Assembly (NCBI GenBank): GCA_913046155.1
Contig: CAJWRY010000001.1
Location: 25,366 to 89,365, forward strand
Direction: 5' to 3'
Source of the DNA: an uncultured Candidatus Nemicrothrix sp.
Lineage (GTDB): Bacteria; Actinomycetota; Acidimicrobiia; Acidimicrobiales; UBA8592
Length of the DNA: 64,000 nt
Below, piece after piece: positions 9,776-19,039 of this stretch. Under the pieces are notes generated by a model. It saw only the letters and a program-made list of their open reading frames with translations, was not told the DNA's origin and did no database searches. Within the stretch, counting starts at the first letter, position 1, and every line of letters starts with the position of its first letter. The position numbers and the translations under genes are program-made.

Positions 9776-10904
9776 ACTCTTTCACCATGCCATTAGCAAT
9801 GCCGAGTCTCAAGACCTCTGAAGCCCCTTCGTATACGCGCATCGGTCTCGCTTGACGATAATATTTTTCGATCTTTGAACCTCGGATTAAGCCCCATCGG
9901 CCCATCGTTTGGACACACCGGTCCACGACTCTACAAGCAGCTTCTGTTGCTGTCAGTTTAGCAAGTGACGATTTGTCTAAATTTTTAGCTGGATCTTCTG
10001 TAGCAAGTGAGGCAGTTTGGTAGGTCAAGTATCGTGATGATTCTAGATCTGACCAAGAGTCGGCTAGTAGAGTTGCGACTGGACCATGTTTAATCAATGG
10101 TCTGCTGAATTGCTCTCTTTGTGCACAGTGTTTCGTTGCTTCTTCTATAGCTCCAGTCATTACCCCTAAAGCAGCGCCTGCTACTGATATTCGGAAGACG
10201 GAAAGAGTTGCCAAAACGTTACGAAAGGCTGTACCAGGTTCGCCTAATCGTGCACTTTCAGGCAATACGACGTCATTGAACCTTAATTCTCCGAGTACAT
10301 GAGGGGCGATTATTTCCGGAGATGGGGATGTTTCAAGCCCATCGCTATCTGCAGGAACGAGAAACAAAGAGTAGCCGTCCTCTTCTTTAGCAAGTGTGGT
10401 GTAGAAAGAAGCTGATCCAGCGTTTGATATGAACGATTTTTCACCACGTAGTATTAGCTCTGCTCCTTTTCGCTCAACTGAGGTTTCAATACCTTTCAGA
10501 TCCGAACCAGCTCTGGGCTCTGTCAAAGCTAGAGCTGCAAGCGCTTCTGCTTTAGAAACAAGAGGCAACCATTCTTCTTTTTGTGACTCACTTCCCGCAA
10601 CTGAGATTGCGTAACTTCCAATCCCCTGTAACGCAAATAAAGAGTCAAGATGTGATGAAGTCTTCATGAGAATCTCTCGAACTAAACAGACCGCAAGTGG
10701 ATCTACCATCGAAAAACGTCCGCCATATTCTGAGGGAACCATTAATGCAGATAAACCACTGCCTCGCAATGCTTCTAATATAGGTTGATAAAGCTCACTT
10801 GACTCATCCGCTTCCATAGCGAAAGCTTCGACAGACTTTGCCAATCTTTTGCTGTCCTCAATAACACTCTCATACTTTGAGTCAATTTCCATAATGCCAG
10901 CCAT
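9759..10904 (-). CDS. Acyl-CoA dehydrogenase
   Basis: ALTEPRAGSD, GEKSFISNA, RVYEGASE (catalytic Glu); start uncertain (10892/10904/10931). Confidence 0.92.
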   Translation of the reverse strand: MAGIMEIDSKYESVIEDSKRLAKSVEAFAMEADESSELYQPILEALRGSGLSALMVPSEYGGRFSMVDPLAVCLVREILMKTSSHLDSLFALQGIGSYAISVAGSESQKEEWLPLVSKAEALAALALTEPRAGSDLKGIETSVERKGAELILRGEKSFISNAGSASFYTTLAKEEDGYSLFLVPADSDGLETSPSPEIIAPHVLGELRFNDVVLPESARLGEPGTAFRNVLATLSVFRISVAGAALGVMTGAIEEATKHCAQREQFSRPLIKHGPVATLLADSWSDLESSRYLTYQTASLATEDPAKNLDKSSLAKLTATEAACRVVDRCVQTMGRWGLIRGSKIEKYYRQARPMRVYEGASEVLRLGIANGMVKEFVDGS

Positions 10905-11008
10905 CAGTACCACCACATTTAAGTTACTCACCTATCCTAGACTGCTTCGACTAGATGACAAGAATAGAACCACAGTATAAGCTGATATTGAGGTGTAAAG
11001 GAGAACAC

Positions 11009-11740
11009 ATGGCCCTTACTGAAGTTTTTATGACCGCTGACGAACTTGCGGAGATGACCCCTGAGGAGTTTGTAAATCAAATCCGGCATGAATGCATGAA
11101 ACCTGGAAGAGGGATGCACAACCATCCCCTAGTTCTTGGACTTGAGGCTGGTACAGTGACTATCCCTCAACTTCAGCTCTTCACAGAACAGTTCTATCTT
11201 CATATTTCTAAAATGCTTCCATGGATCGGCGCTATCTACGTTCGCTGCCCCCATGAGGATGTAAGGACCGCTTTGGTGAAGAACTTAGCTGAAGAATGCA
11301 CAGGGTTTGAAAGCAATACAGCGGCCCACCCTGACTTGTTGCTTGAATTTGCTAAAGCACTTGATTGCGATATTGATGCAGTACGTAATGGAATCCAATT
11401 GCCAGCTGGAAGACGAGTAACCGAATACTTTGAATTCATGGGTTTATGCCGTGATTGGTTTGTTCCTCTCTCTGCTATAGGTATTGGTTTGGAGTCCTTT
11501 GTTCCTGACACATTCACTCGCATGGTAAAGGCTATGAAAGAAAATTATGGAATGACTGATGAGCAAGTAATTTTCTGGCAAATGCATATTCTTGCTGATC
11601 AAGATCATGGTGATGAAGGAATTGAAATGGTATCTAATTATGCGATCACCGGCGAACAACGAAAGGCAGTTTTTGACTGCACGATTGAAACTAGTCGCCT
11701 TTTCTATGATTTATGGAATCTTTATAGTTCCGTTGAATAG
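11009..11740 (+). CDS. Heme-oxygenase-like diiron enzyme (TenA/PqqC/CADD superfamily)
   Basis: HP...NLAEE...AAH...GLE...FWQMHILADQDH metal-ligand pattern; AAGGAG RBS before ATG 11009. Confidence 0.82.
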   Translation: MALTEVFMTADELAEMTPEEFVNQIRHECMKPGRGMHNHPLVLGLEAGTVTIPQLQLFTEQFYLHISKMLPWIGAIYVRCPHEDVRTALVKNLAEECTGFESNTAAHPDLLLEFAKALDCDIDAVRNGIQLPAGRRVTEYFEFMGLCRDWFVPLSAIGIGLESFVPDTFTRMVKAMKENYGMTDEQVIFWQMHILADQDHGDEGIEMVSNYAITGEQRKAVFDCTIETSRLFYDLWNLYSSVE

Positions 11741-11751
11741 ATTATTCGGCC

Positions 11752-12234
11752 ATGAGAAGAGAAGAAATAACTAGAGAACATCGCACCGCTGAAGAACTGA
11801 CTGTTGCTCTTGGAAAGCGAGGACATATCGTTACTTCTTGGGATGAATTACCGCAAGTCACCATGGATGAGACTGGCATTGAAACGACTTCTTATCGGAT
11901 AGGTTTACCAAATAACGATCGGGCTCCCACTGTTTTCAAAGTATATTTCCCTCCAGATTGTAGGGTTGAGGCACACACTCACTCATGTGACTACTCTGAG
12001 ATAATTTTAGAAGGTAGCCAAAGAGTAAGCGGGAAGTGGCTGCATAAGGGAGATATTCGTGTTGGATTAGCCAACAAGGGGTACGGCCCGCTGATAGCTG
12101 GACCAGAGGGTGCTTTGGTATTGGTAATTTTCGCTGATGGCAACTGGCCTGCTATCAGTATTGGCGCTGGTGATGGAAGCACCATTGATGCCTCACAACT
12201 CTTAGAGCAATTCAGCGCCGCAAAGGGACCATAA
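11752..12234 (+). CDS. Cupin-domain protein (ChrR-like)
   Basis: PP...HTH...E.ILEG and YGPL.AGPEG cupin motifs. Confidence 0.72.
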   Translation: MRREEITREHRTAEELTVALGKRGHIVTSWDELPQVTMDETGIETTSYRIGLPNNDRAPTVFKVYFPPDCRVEAHTHSCDYSEIILEGSQRVSGKWLHKGDIRVGLANKGYGPLIAGPEGALVLVIFADGNWPAISIGAGDGSTIDASQLLEQFSAAKGP

Positions 12235-12251
12235 CTTTTAGTATCTTTTAT

Positions 12252-12455
12252 CTAGTAAGTTATAGCGCGCGTTGGGCACAATGTCGCAGCTTCAATTATG
12301 AGTTCTTCAAATTCTTGGCCAGGATCTGCTTTGGTGACTTCAGCAGTAGAGTTTTGACCTACTTTAAACAGTTTTGGCGCAACGCGGACGCAATATGCTG
12401 TACCTTGGCATATTTCAACATCAACTTTTAGATTAAATGTGTTATTTTTTTTCAT
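12252..12455 (-). CDS. [3Fe-4S]-type ferredoxin
   Basis: CQGTAYC...CPTRAI; directly downstream of a P450. Confidence 0.9.
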   Translation of the reverse strand: MKKNNTFNLKVDVEICQGTAYCVRVAPKLFKVGQNSTAEVTKADPGQEFEELIIEAATLCPTRAITY

Positions 12456-12462
12456 TTCATGA

Positions 12463-13707
12463 TCACAGATCCTTTAGGATGATCGGAAATCTGCCGTATG
12501 CATCATGGTGGCTTAGCTCGGTGTAAGTAGGGAGGTCATTTGGGTCAAGTTGTATTCCTGCTCTAAATAGAGCGTGTGCAATATTGACCAAAGTTCCATC
12601 TGTTCCGTCATCATTATCGGTCCGGGCAGATAGACCTGTTACCAGTGTCCGGCCAATGCATGTGTGTTCTCCTCCCCCAAACGCAAACCCCCAAGGTTTC
12701 GCGTTTGCGGTATCTCTATATGGGTTAAATTTCCGAGCATCAGCACCAAATACCTTTTCGTCTCTGTTAGCAGGAGTAAACAGGCAAGCCACTCGTTCAC
12801 CTTCAGAAATTTCGACTCCGTTACTTAGGGTGACATCCTTTAATGCAATTCGTAATAGCGCCGGAGAAGGCAGGTGAAGTCGAATAGCTTCATGCCCTGC
12901 TCGTTTTAGGAATTCTCGGTCAAATCTCTTCTCGTAGTCTTCAGGGTGCTCTTCAAACCACTCATGCAGATGAATCATCAAATGAGGGATAGCATGAGTA
13001 GTTGTCTGGCTTGATGCTACTAGATATAAAGTTGCTTCACGCAAGGGTAATTCGTCATCCCAATCATCATTCCAGTGAAGATACATAAGGGTTAGAAGGT
13101 CTCGGGGCAAATCATCCTCTGACAAATCTCCACTGCGAAATTTATTAATTAAATCTAAACGACGCGCAACAGAGGGGTTATAGAACTCATCCACAAACCC
13201 TTCCCTAATCTTGAGGATTCGAGAAATTACTGTTGAGTGATCTTCTGTTGACCACTCGACAGTTGCCCCAGTACCAAGTTGCTCAATATAGGTGCGGAAT
13301 GCGTCAGTCCTTTCTTGGGAGTCCACACCGTCAATTCCAGTAGTTACAGCCGATATTCTGGCAAGCATTGTTCTCACTAACGCACAAAGATCCGCGCGAA
13401 CCTCCCCAGACTCATTTCGGGTCTCCTTACACTCCTGAAGAGCGCTTTCAATGAGCGGTAGAAGTTCTTTATGCTCATAGTACTCCAAAGCTTCTTTACG
13501 AAATAGAGGCGCTTGTAATCTTCGCCTTTCAAAATGAGCATCCTGATCGATAGTTAGCAGAGAGTCTCCAAAGAAAGGTTGACTTTCTTGATGGGATCCT
13601 TGCCGAAAGTTCTTTGATCGAAGAATTTCATCAACAGATGCGAAGTCAACAAAATGCTTAATGCCCTCAATATGCGGTGGCGGTATAAGGTCTCTTATCG
13701 TTTCCAA
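12463..13707 (-). CDS. Cytochrome P450 (atypical clade)
   Basis: HEAIR (ExxR), FGGGEHTCIG; I-helix ASSQTTT. Confidence 0.92.
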   Translation of the reverse strand: METIRDLIPPPHIEGIKHFVDFASVDEILRSKNFRQGSHQESQPFFGDSLLTIDQDAHFERRRLQAPLFRKEALEYYEHKELLPLIESALQECKETRNESGEVRADLCALVRTMLARISAVTTGIDGVDSQERTDAFRTYIEQLGTGATVEWSTEDHSTVISRILKIREGFVDEFYNPSVARRLDLINKFRSGDLSEDDLPRDLLTLMYLHWNDDWDDELPLREATLYLVASSQTTTHAIPHLMIHLHEWFEEHPEDYEKRFDREFLKRAGHEAIRLHLPSPALLRIALKDVTLSNGVEISEGERVACLFTPANRDEKVFGADARKFNPYRDTANAKPWGFAFGGGEHTCIGRTLVTGLSARTDNDDGTDGTLVNIAHALFRAGIQLDPNDLPTYTELSHHDAYGRFPIILKDL

Positions 13708-13774
13708 TTTTCTTCCCCAAACGACAACCTACTATCTGAGGTCAGTTTTCGGCAAAAGACGTTCGATTTTAGTT

Positions 13775-14929
13775 TTACTCGGTACTTAGAACAGCAGCGT
13801 TAAAGTACTGTGCTCCAGATCCCGCCCCAGTAACTAACGCATGTTTTGGATCCTGGATTTGCAAACCACTCGCTTGCCCTCGAAGCTGTCTTACCGCCTC
13901 TATGACCTTTAGATTAGGTCCACCCCACCCTGTATGGGAAAACGACAGTAGACCACCATCAGTGTTTGTGGGGTATTTTCCATTTGCGCCAATGCCATTT
14001 TCGAATAGAAAATCACTACCGTCCCCCTCGTCACAAAGCCCTAAGGTCTCAAATTGTCTTACGATTTCCCAAGTGTTTATATCATAAAGTTCAAACAGGT
14101 CAATATCTTGTACATTGAGCTCAGACTGTTTGAATGTTCGCTTGAATGCTTCTTTTCCTAGATTCTTAACTTCGTCATAACGAACGGGATTGACGTATTG
14201 CTGACGGTACCATTCTGAGCTACCACCTAGTATGCGGATAGGTTTCTGAGGACAATCTCTCGCCCGATCAGTAGACGTGACGATAAATGCTGACGCTCCC
14301 TCTGTCGCCAGACACAAATCAAGCAAGTGGAATGGCTCAGCTACCTTCGGGGATTGAATTATATCTTCGGGGGTGTACGGCCCTTTTCCGTACATTACTG
14401 CTTCGGGGTTTTGCGATCCGGCATTTCTAATTTCAGAGGCAATAGAGGACATTCTAAGACGATCAGGCTCAAATCTTTGGAAATATACTTGGGCAACCAT
14501 CGCGAAGTGAGCTGCGGTAAATAAGCCCCATGGTTCAACAAATTCATTAGTCGGTTGTGTGTAATCTGCTAGTTGTGCTCTTTTGAGGACTCCGGCCTGG
14601 CCTCCAAAGACTATAGCCACATTACATAAGCCAAAAGAGACTGCAGCAGCCGCATCCAATAATCCAGGTATTCCTTGTGGATAGGTATCGCCAACCCACC
14701 GGAAAGGTTTCCCAAATATACCTGTCCAATCAACCACACCAGGGTCTAACTCTGTCCCACCTGGACCAGGCCATCTCGCAGCTATTCCGTCTACCTCTGC
14801 CATATCCATACCGGCGTCATCAAGGGCTTTCTGAACAGCCTCCTCGCAAATTTGAATCGTACTTGTATCTATGGATTTAGCCTGTTTGGTAATTCCAATG
14901 CCTACTATTGCAATTTCCGGTTTATTCAT
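13775..14929 (-). CDS. SCP2/Ltp-type thiolase-family protein lacking the N-terminal catalytic Cys
   Basis: IAIVGIG, ELYD, NTDGGLLSFSH, EAVRQLRG; ATGA coupling at 14926-14929. Confidence 0.87.
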   Translation of the reverse strand: MNKPEIAIVGIGITKQAKSIDTSTIQICEEAVQKALDDAGMDMAEVDGIAARWPGPGGTELDPGVVDWTGIFGKPFRWVGDTYPQGIPGLLDAAAAVSFGLCNVAIVFGGQAGVLKRAQLADYTQPTNEFVEPWGLFTAAHFAMVAQVYFQRFEPDRLRMSSIASEIRNAGSQNPEAVMYGKGPYTPEDIIQSPKVAEPFHLLDLCLATEGASAFIVTSTDRARDCPQKPIRILGGSSEWYRQQYVNPVRYDEVKNLGKEAFKRTFKQSELNVQDIDLFELYDINTWEIVRQFETLGLCDEGDGSDFLFENGIGANGKYPTNTDGGLLSFSHTGWGGPNLKVIEAVRQLRGQASGLQIQDPKHALVTGAGSGAQYFNAAVLSTE

Positions 14930-16464
14930 ACTTGCCGTCCTTCTCCCCAAAAGTGAGCGCGAATCTCGTTTTTCGCAATCTTTCCAACCGCATTTTTAGG
15001 GAGCTCGTCCCAGATATCTATTCGCTCTGGCATTTTTATAGAAGTAAGTTCAGATCTGTTACATAGTTGCAATAGCTCGTTGGACGTTACTTCTGACTCT
15101 TCGTTTAGTGCAACTACTGCTACTATCCCCTCACCCCATTCCGAGTCAGGCACCCCTACGACAGACGCTTCTAGGACATCGGGATGCCTATACAGAACAT
15201 TCTCAATCTCAGTAGGGGCTATGTTCAGTCCACCGCGAATTATCAAATTCTTTTTCCTATCCACAATGTAAATGAATCCGTCATTGTCTACTTCAGCGAT
15301 ATCGCCCGAATGCATCCAGCCATCAATAAGCACTTGATCAGTCCTCTCGGGATCTCGAAAATATCCCTTCATGACGTGAGGTCCTGAGAAGATAACCTCT
15401 CCTCTTCCCCCAGCTTCAATTGATTTTTTATTCTCGTCTACAACTCGTACATGGACTCCGTACGAAGGCCTACCACAAGATTCCAATAACTTTAGATTAG
15501 TTGAGAGGCCCTTTAGATGATCAGCCTTGCTTAATATTGTTCCGATAGAGGCAATTTCAGCCATCCCATAAAGCTGGTTGAATATTGGGCCGAATCGCGC
15601 AACCAATTCTTCAAGTCTTTTTGGTGATATGGGAGATGAACCGTATCCAAGAGTCACAAGAGTTGATAGATTTTTATCGTCCTCTTCAGGCAACTTTTCC
15701 AGAAGGCGCATTAGTTGAGTAGGCACCAAAAAGGTATGAGTAACTGCATGATCATTAATCTGCTGTGCGAAATTCAAAGGGTTAAAATTTCTGCTGTCAG
15801 CAAAGCCTAAGGCTGCACCTACGGTAACGCATGGGAGGATTGTGATATTGACACTAGAGTTATGAGGGATTTGAATTAAATATCGACTTTTGGGGGTAAT
15901 GTCGTACTCGAGACAGGCAATCATTGCATGCTGAAGAACTCGTTTATGATCGAAAAGCACGCCCTTAGGTCGGCCAGTCGTTCCGCTCGTATATACGATA
16001 CAGAAATCATCATCAGGCTTAATATCATAAAAGGAGCTGGGAATCACTTTTGAACTCTCTCCTATCCTTGCCTCCCATTCGGAGCTCGAAATATCAAAGA
16101 CAGGTATTGAAGATTCATCGGCTAGTTGTTCAATCTGAGGTAAGTGCTCTTCATCCGTTAGAATTGCACACGGTTCACAATTTTCAAATATCTGCATCAT
16201 CTCTGCTCGCCCCAATCGGAAGTTTAAGCCGACATAAACTAGCGAGGACTTAGATATTGCTGTTATCAATTCCGGTATCTCTGGCCTGTTTGGAAGCAGA
16301 ACTGCTACTCGCTCCCCTTTTCCCCAATTATATGATTTGAGGTAATTTGCTATTTGATTGCTTCTACTCTCAAGCTCTCCGTACGTTTGTGGTTTATCTC
16401 CAAAAATTGCCTGTGCTTCAGGGTCGCGTGTGGCATTTCTATGTACCGCTAATCCGATGTGCAC
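14926..16464 (-). CDS. Acyl-CoA synthetase (AMP-binding)
   Basis: YTSGTTGRPKG, YGMAE, SGD, LPKNAVGK. Confidence 0.92.
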   Translation of the reverse strand: MHIGLAVHRNATRDPEAQAIFGDKPQTYGELESRSNQIANYLKSYNWGKGERVAVLLPNRPEIPELITAISKSSLVYVGLNFRLGRAEMMQIFENCEPCAILTDEEHLPQIEQLADESSIPVFDISSSEWEARIGESSKVIPSSFYDIKPDDDFCIVYTSGTTGRPKGVLFDHKRVLQHAMIACLEYDITPKSRYLIQIPHNSSVNITILPCVTVGAALGFADSRNFNPLNFAQQINDHAVTHTFLVPTQLMRLLEKLPEEDDKNLSTLVTLGYGSSPISPKRLEELVARFGPIFNQLYGMAEIASIGTILSKADHLKGLSTNLKLLESCGRPSYGVHVRVVDENKKSIEAGGRGEVIFSGPHVMKGYFRDPERTDQVLIDGWMHSGDIAEVDNDGFIYIVDRKKNLIIRGGLNIAPTEIENVLYRHPDVLEASVVGVPDSEWGEGIVAVVALNEESEVTSNELLQLCNRSELTSIKMPERIDIWDELPKNAVGKIAKNEIRAHFWGEGRQV

Positions 16465-16466
16465 GG

Positions 16467-16856
16467 CTACTCTTCTCCAACTTTAAAAAATGGCAACATC
16501 TTTTCCTTAAAAATTTGAAATGATACTCTCACTGCTTGACCGATTTTGACTTCAGAAGGGCTGCAATCTATTAGTCTTGAGTACATTCTCCAACCCTCTT
16601 CTAACTCAACATCAATGATTACGTATGGGTTGGGGTAGTCATCGTCTGGAGGTCTATGAACAATGGTGTAACTATAGATAGAGCCTTTTCCTGTACTTTC
16701 CTTGAATTCCCAGTTACCTGATTGACACCAAGGGCAAAGAATTTGGGGAGAGAAAAAGCTGGTGTTACATGTTCCGCAAACTGGCCTAACGAGCTTTTTA
16801 TTTTTAGCTTCGTCCCAGAATTTGGTTGTTAGCATGGCCGGATTATCCGGTGTCAC
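16467..16856 (-). CDS. DUF35/ChsH2-like Zn-ribbon + OB-fold protein
   Basis: FW...CGTC...CPWC...GKGSIYSYT...PY...VELEEG. Confidence 0.9.
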   Translation of the reverse strand: MTPDNPAMLTTKFWDEAKNKKLVRPVCGTCNTSFFSPQILCPWCQSGNWEFKESTGKGSIYSYTIVHRPPDDDYPNPYVIIDVELEEGWRMYSRLIDCSPSEVKIGQAVRVSFQIFKEKMLPFFKVGEE

Positions 16857-17725
16857 GCTTCAACCTCAGACAATAATTTAAGAGCAGCTTCTTGAACTGT
16901 CATCCCAACAGCGACGCCCCGTTCTCTAGCTGTTTGGTTACATGCGCTAATCCTACCCTCCGAATAAGCCTTGAACGCATCACCTACAGGAGCTGACCAA
17001 GCATCACAACACGCCCCAGCTAAACCATGTTCATCGGTTATCTTCAGCCCTGCAATCCCTGCGTTATTTTTGCTCATACCTCCATCAGAACAAATGAAAC
17101 CATGAGGAGAGACTTCAAGAAGGAATTTCGCCCCTGATCGACCTGTGTGTCCTGCCGTAACTAGTACGTTATTAGAATCTTCTGGAAGTGCGAAGACGAT
17201 AGAATCCGTTACGATTATTTCTCTTCCAGTATCCGATGTAGCGACTGACTCTCTACGAATCTTTGTACCTGCGGTTACATCTCCTGGATCATTCTCAAGA
17301 AGCACTACGGAAGCTTCTTTAACAGTCATACCTTCCAGCACTCCAGCTCGTTCGGCAAGGATATTGACTCGTGAAATTAATCCCGTTTCGTAAAGGTCAA
17401 TACCATTTCCTAGCTCTGCAGTCATGCCATCAGCTGCCGCAGCTGGTATTCCCAATGCCTCAAGGTACCATAGACCTGCTATACCCGCTCCATCTTTTCC
17501 CACACACCCGTCATGGGCGATGACAGCACGGGGACGGTGAGGGGCAATTAGGCGAGCGGGCAAAACTCCAAGATATGAGGAAGGAACAACTACATCGCGT
17601 CCCTCGTTTCGAGAATCGACATATCTCGCAGAGTCCATTGCCACTACCCGCCCTTGAGAATGTTCAAGAACTACGTCATGAGGATGGTCCGCTTCGTCAT
17701 TGAGCAGAGGTGCCTCTTCACTCAT
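16853..17725 (-). CDS. Hypothetical protein made of two tandem homologous domains
   Basis: Repeated pattern DS...DG..(G/S)K..AGIAGL...D...A..G....Y..G.IS..N..A...GV..GMTV.EA. Confidence 0.8.
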   Translation of the reverse strand: MSEEAPLLNDEADHPHDVVLEHSQGRVVAMDSARYVDSRNEGRDVVVPSSYLGVLPARLIAPHRPRAVIAHDGCVGKDGAGIAGLWYLEALGIPAAAADGMTAELGNGIDLYETGLISRVNILAERAGVLEGMTVKEASVVLLENDPGDVTAGTKIRRESVATSDTGREIIVTDSIVFALPEDSNNVLVTAGHTGRSGAKFLLEVSPHGFICSDGGMSKNNAGIAGLKITDEHGLAGACCDAWSAPVGDAFKAYSEGRISACNQTARERGVAVGMTVQEAALKLLSEVEA

Positions 17726-17789
17726 CTGTTTTTTCTCTCATGGCTCTGGTTCTACTAATAGCAATTCCGGTCATTTAGCTTTTCTCGCT

Positions 17790-18989
17790 TTAGTTGAATA
17801 CAACGGGATATCTTCCAAAGTAAGGTCGTGTGGTTGAATCATCCATTTCAGGAGGATTGTCTGGGTCAGGCTTACATCCATTTAGAAATAATGTTTGAAC
17901 TGCCACAGGTACAAGGCCAAAGAGATGGTCCTCTTCAGTTGAATTTGTGTCAAAAACTAGCCCGGCAGCAAGGTCTTGGCCGATACAAGCATGCATTCCT
18001 TGTCCAAAACTCAAACCCCAGGGTGTAACACCAGGCTCCAAATTTCTGTTTGGATTGAATTCCTCAGCATCATCGCCATATATCTCTTTATCACGGTTTA
18101 CAGTTTCAAGGTCAATAACAACTTTGTCTCCTTCTGCAATCTTTATGCCCGATTTCAGCTCAATGTCTTCTAACGCCCATCTTGCTGCAGTCGGTGATGA
18201 CGGCTGGAGCCTAATTGTCTCATGAGTGGCTTTTTGGAGGAATACTTTATCGCTATAAGCTTTAGCCTGATCTTCTGGATGTTCTTCCAGCCACTTGAAA
18301 ATATTGTGAACTACTCTCGTTAGCGCGGTAGCTGACGTGTGCGCCCCTGCTAGCAAATAGAAAGCAATTTCTCGCCGAAGCGATTCTCTTGTCATAGGAA
18401 CTTTATCCTGATTGCGCAAAAGGACCTGTAGCACGTCCCTCGGAAGTTCTTCCTCTTCAATTTCGCCGCGTTCAAATTTTTCTAATAAATCATTTCTGAG
18501 AGCTATACCAGGTTCCAGAAACTCTCTATCAAATGCCTCAAGCTTTTCTTCTATTTCGGTTCGCTTTGCATCGACATCACCCGTGTAGAAGCCTAAAGTT
18601 GCACCTTCAATAAAGGTTGTTAGGTAGTCGTATAACCGACTCGTTTCCTCGTATGTTCCAAGTGGGCGGTCTACACCAGCTGTTAGTGCAGCTAGGTTCA
18701 TCATAAGTTGGTGTCCGAAGTCAACTAATTCTGCTTTTCCACTCTCCAAATATGGGTCAACAGTCTCTTGAATAATCTTTGGAAACATATCTCGCTCATA
18801 CTCAAAGAAGGTATCCCTACGAAAGAGCCGATTTTCTAGTCGGCGGCGTTGCCTGTGTTCGTCTCCGTGAAGATTAACAACCACATCTTCCATAACAACT
18901 TCACCGGCATCATAGAGCGCTTGTCGTAGTTGTTTGTGCCTGTATACTTCTCGAGCGTCATCTGGAGTAGTTATTACTATCTCAGTCAT
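17790..18989 (-). CDS. Cytochrome P450 (atypical clade)
   Basis: AGAHTSA, HETIR, FGQGMHACIG. Confidence 0.93.
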   Translation of the reverse strand: MTEIVITTPDDAREVYRHKQLRQALYDAGEVVMEDVVVNLHGDEHRQRRRLENRLFRRDTFFEYERDMFPKIIQETVDPYLESGKAELVDFGHQLMMNLAALTAGVDRPLGTYEETSRLYDYLTTFIEGATLGFYTGDVDAKRTEIEEKLEAFDREFLEPGIALRNDLLEKFERGEIEEEELPRDVLQVLLRNQDKVPMTRESLRREIAFYLLAGAHTSATALTRVVHNIFKWLEEHPEDQAKAYSDKVFLQKATHETIRLQPSSPTAARWALEDIELKSGIKIAEGDKVVIDLETVNRDKEIYGDDAEEFNPNRNLEPGVTPWGLSFGQGMHACIGQDLAAGLVFDTNSTEEDHLFGLVPVAVQTLFLNGCKPDPDNPPEMDDSTTRPYFGRYPVVFN

Positions 18990-19039
18990 GTCTCCCCTTT
19001 CCCATTAATAGCTTGATTAATCCTTTAAAGTTTGTCAAT

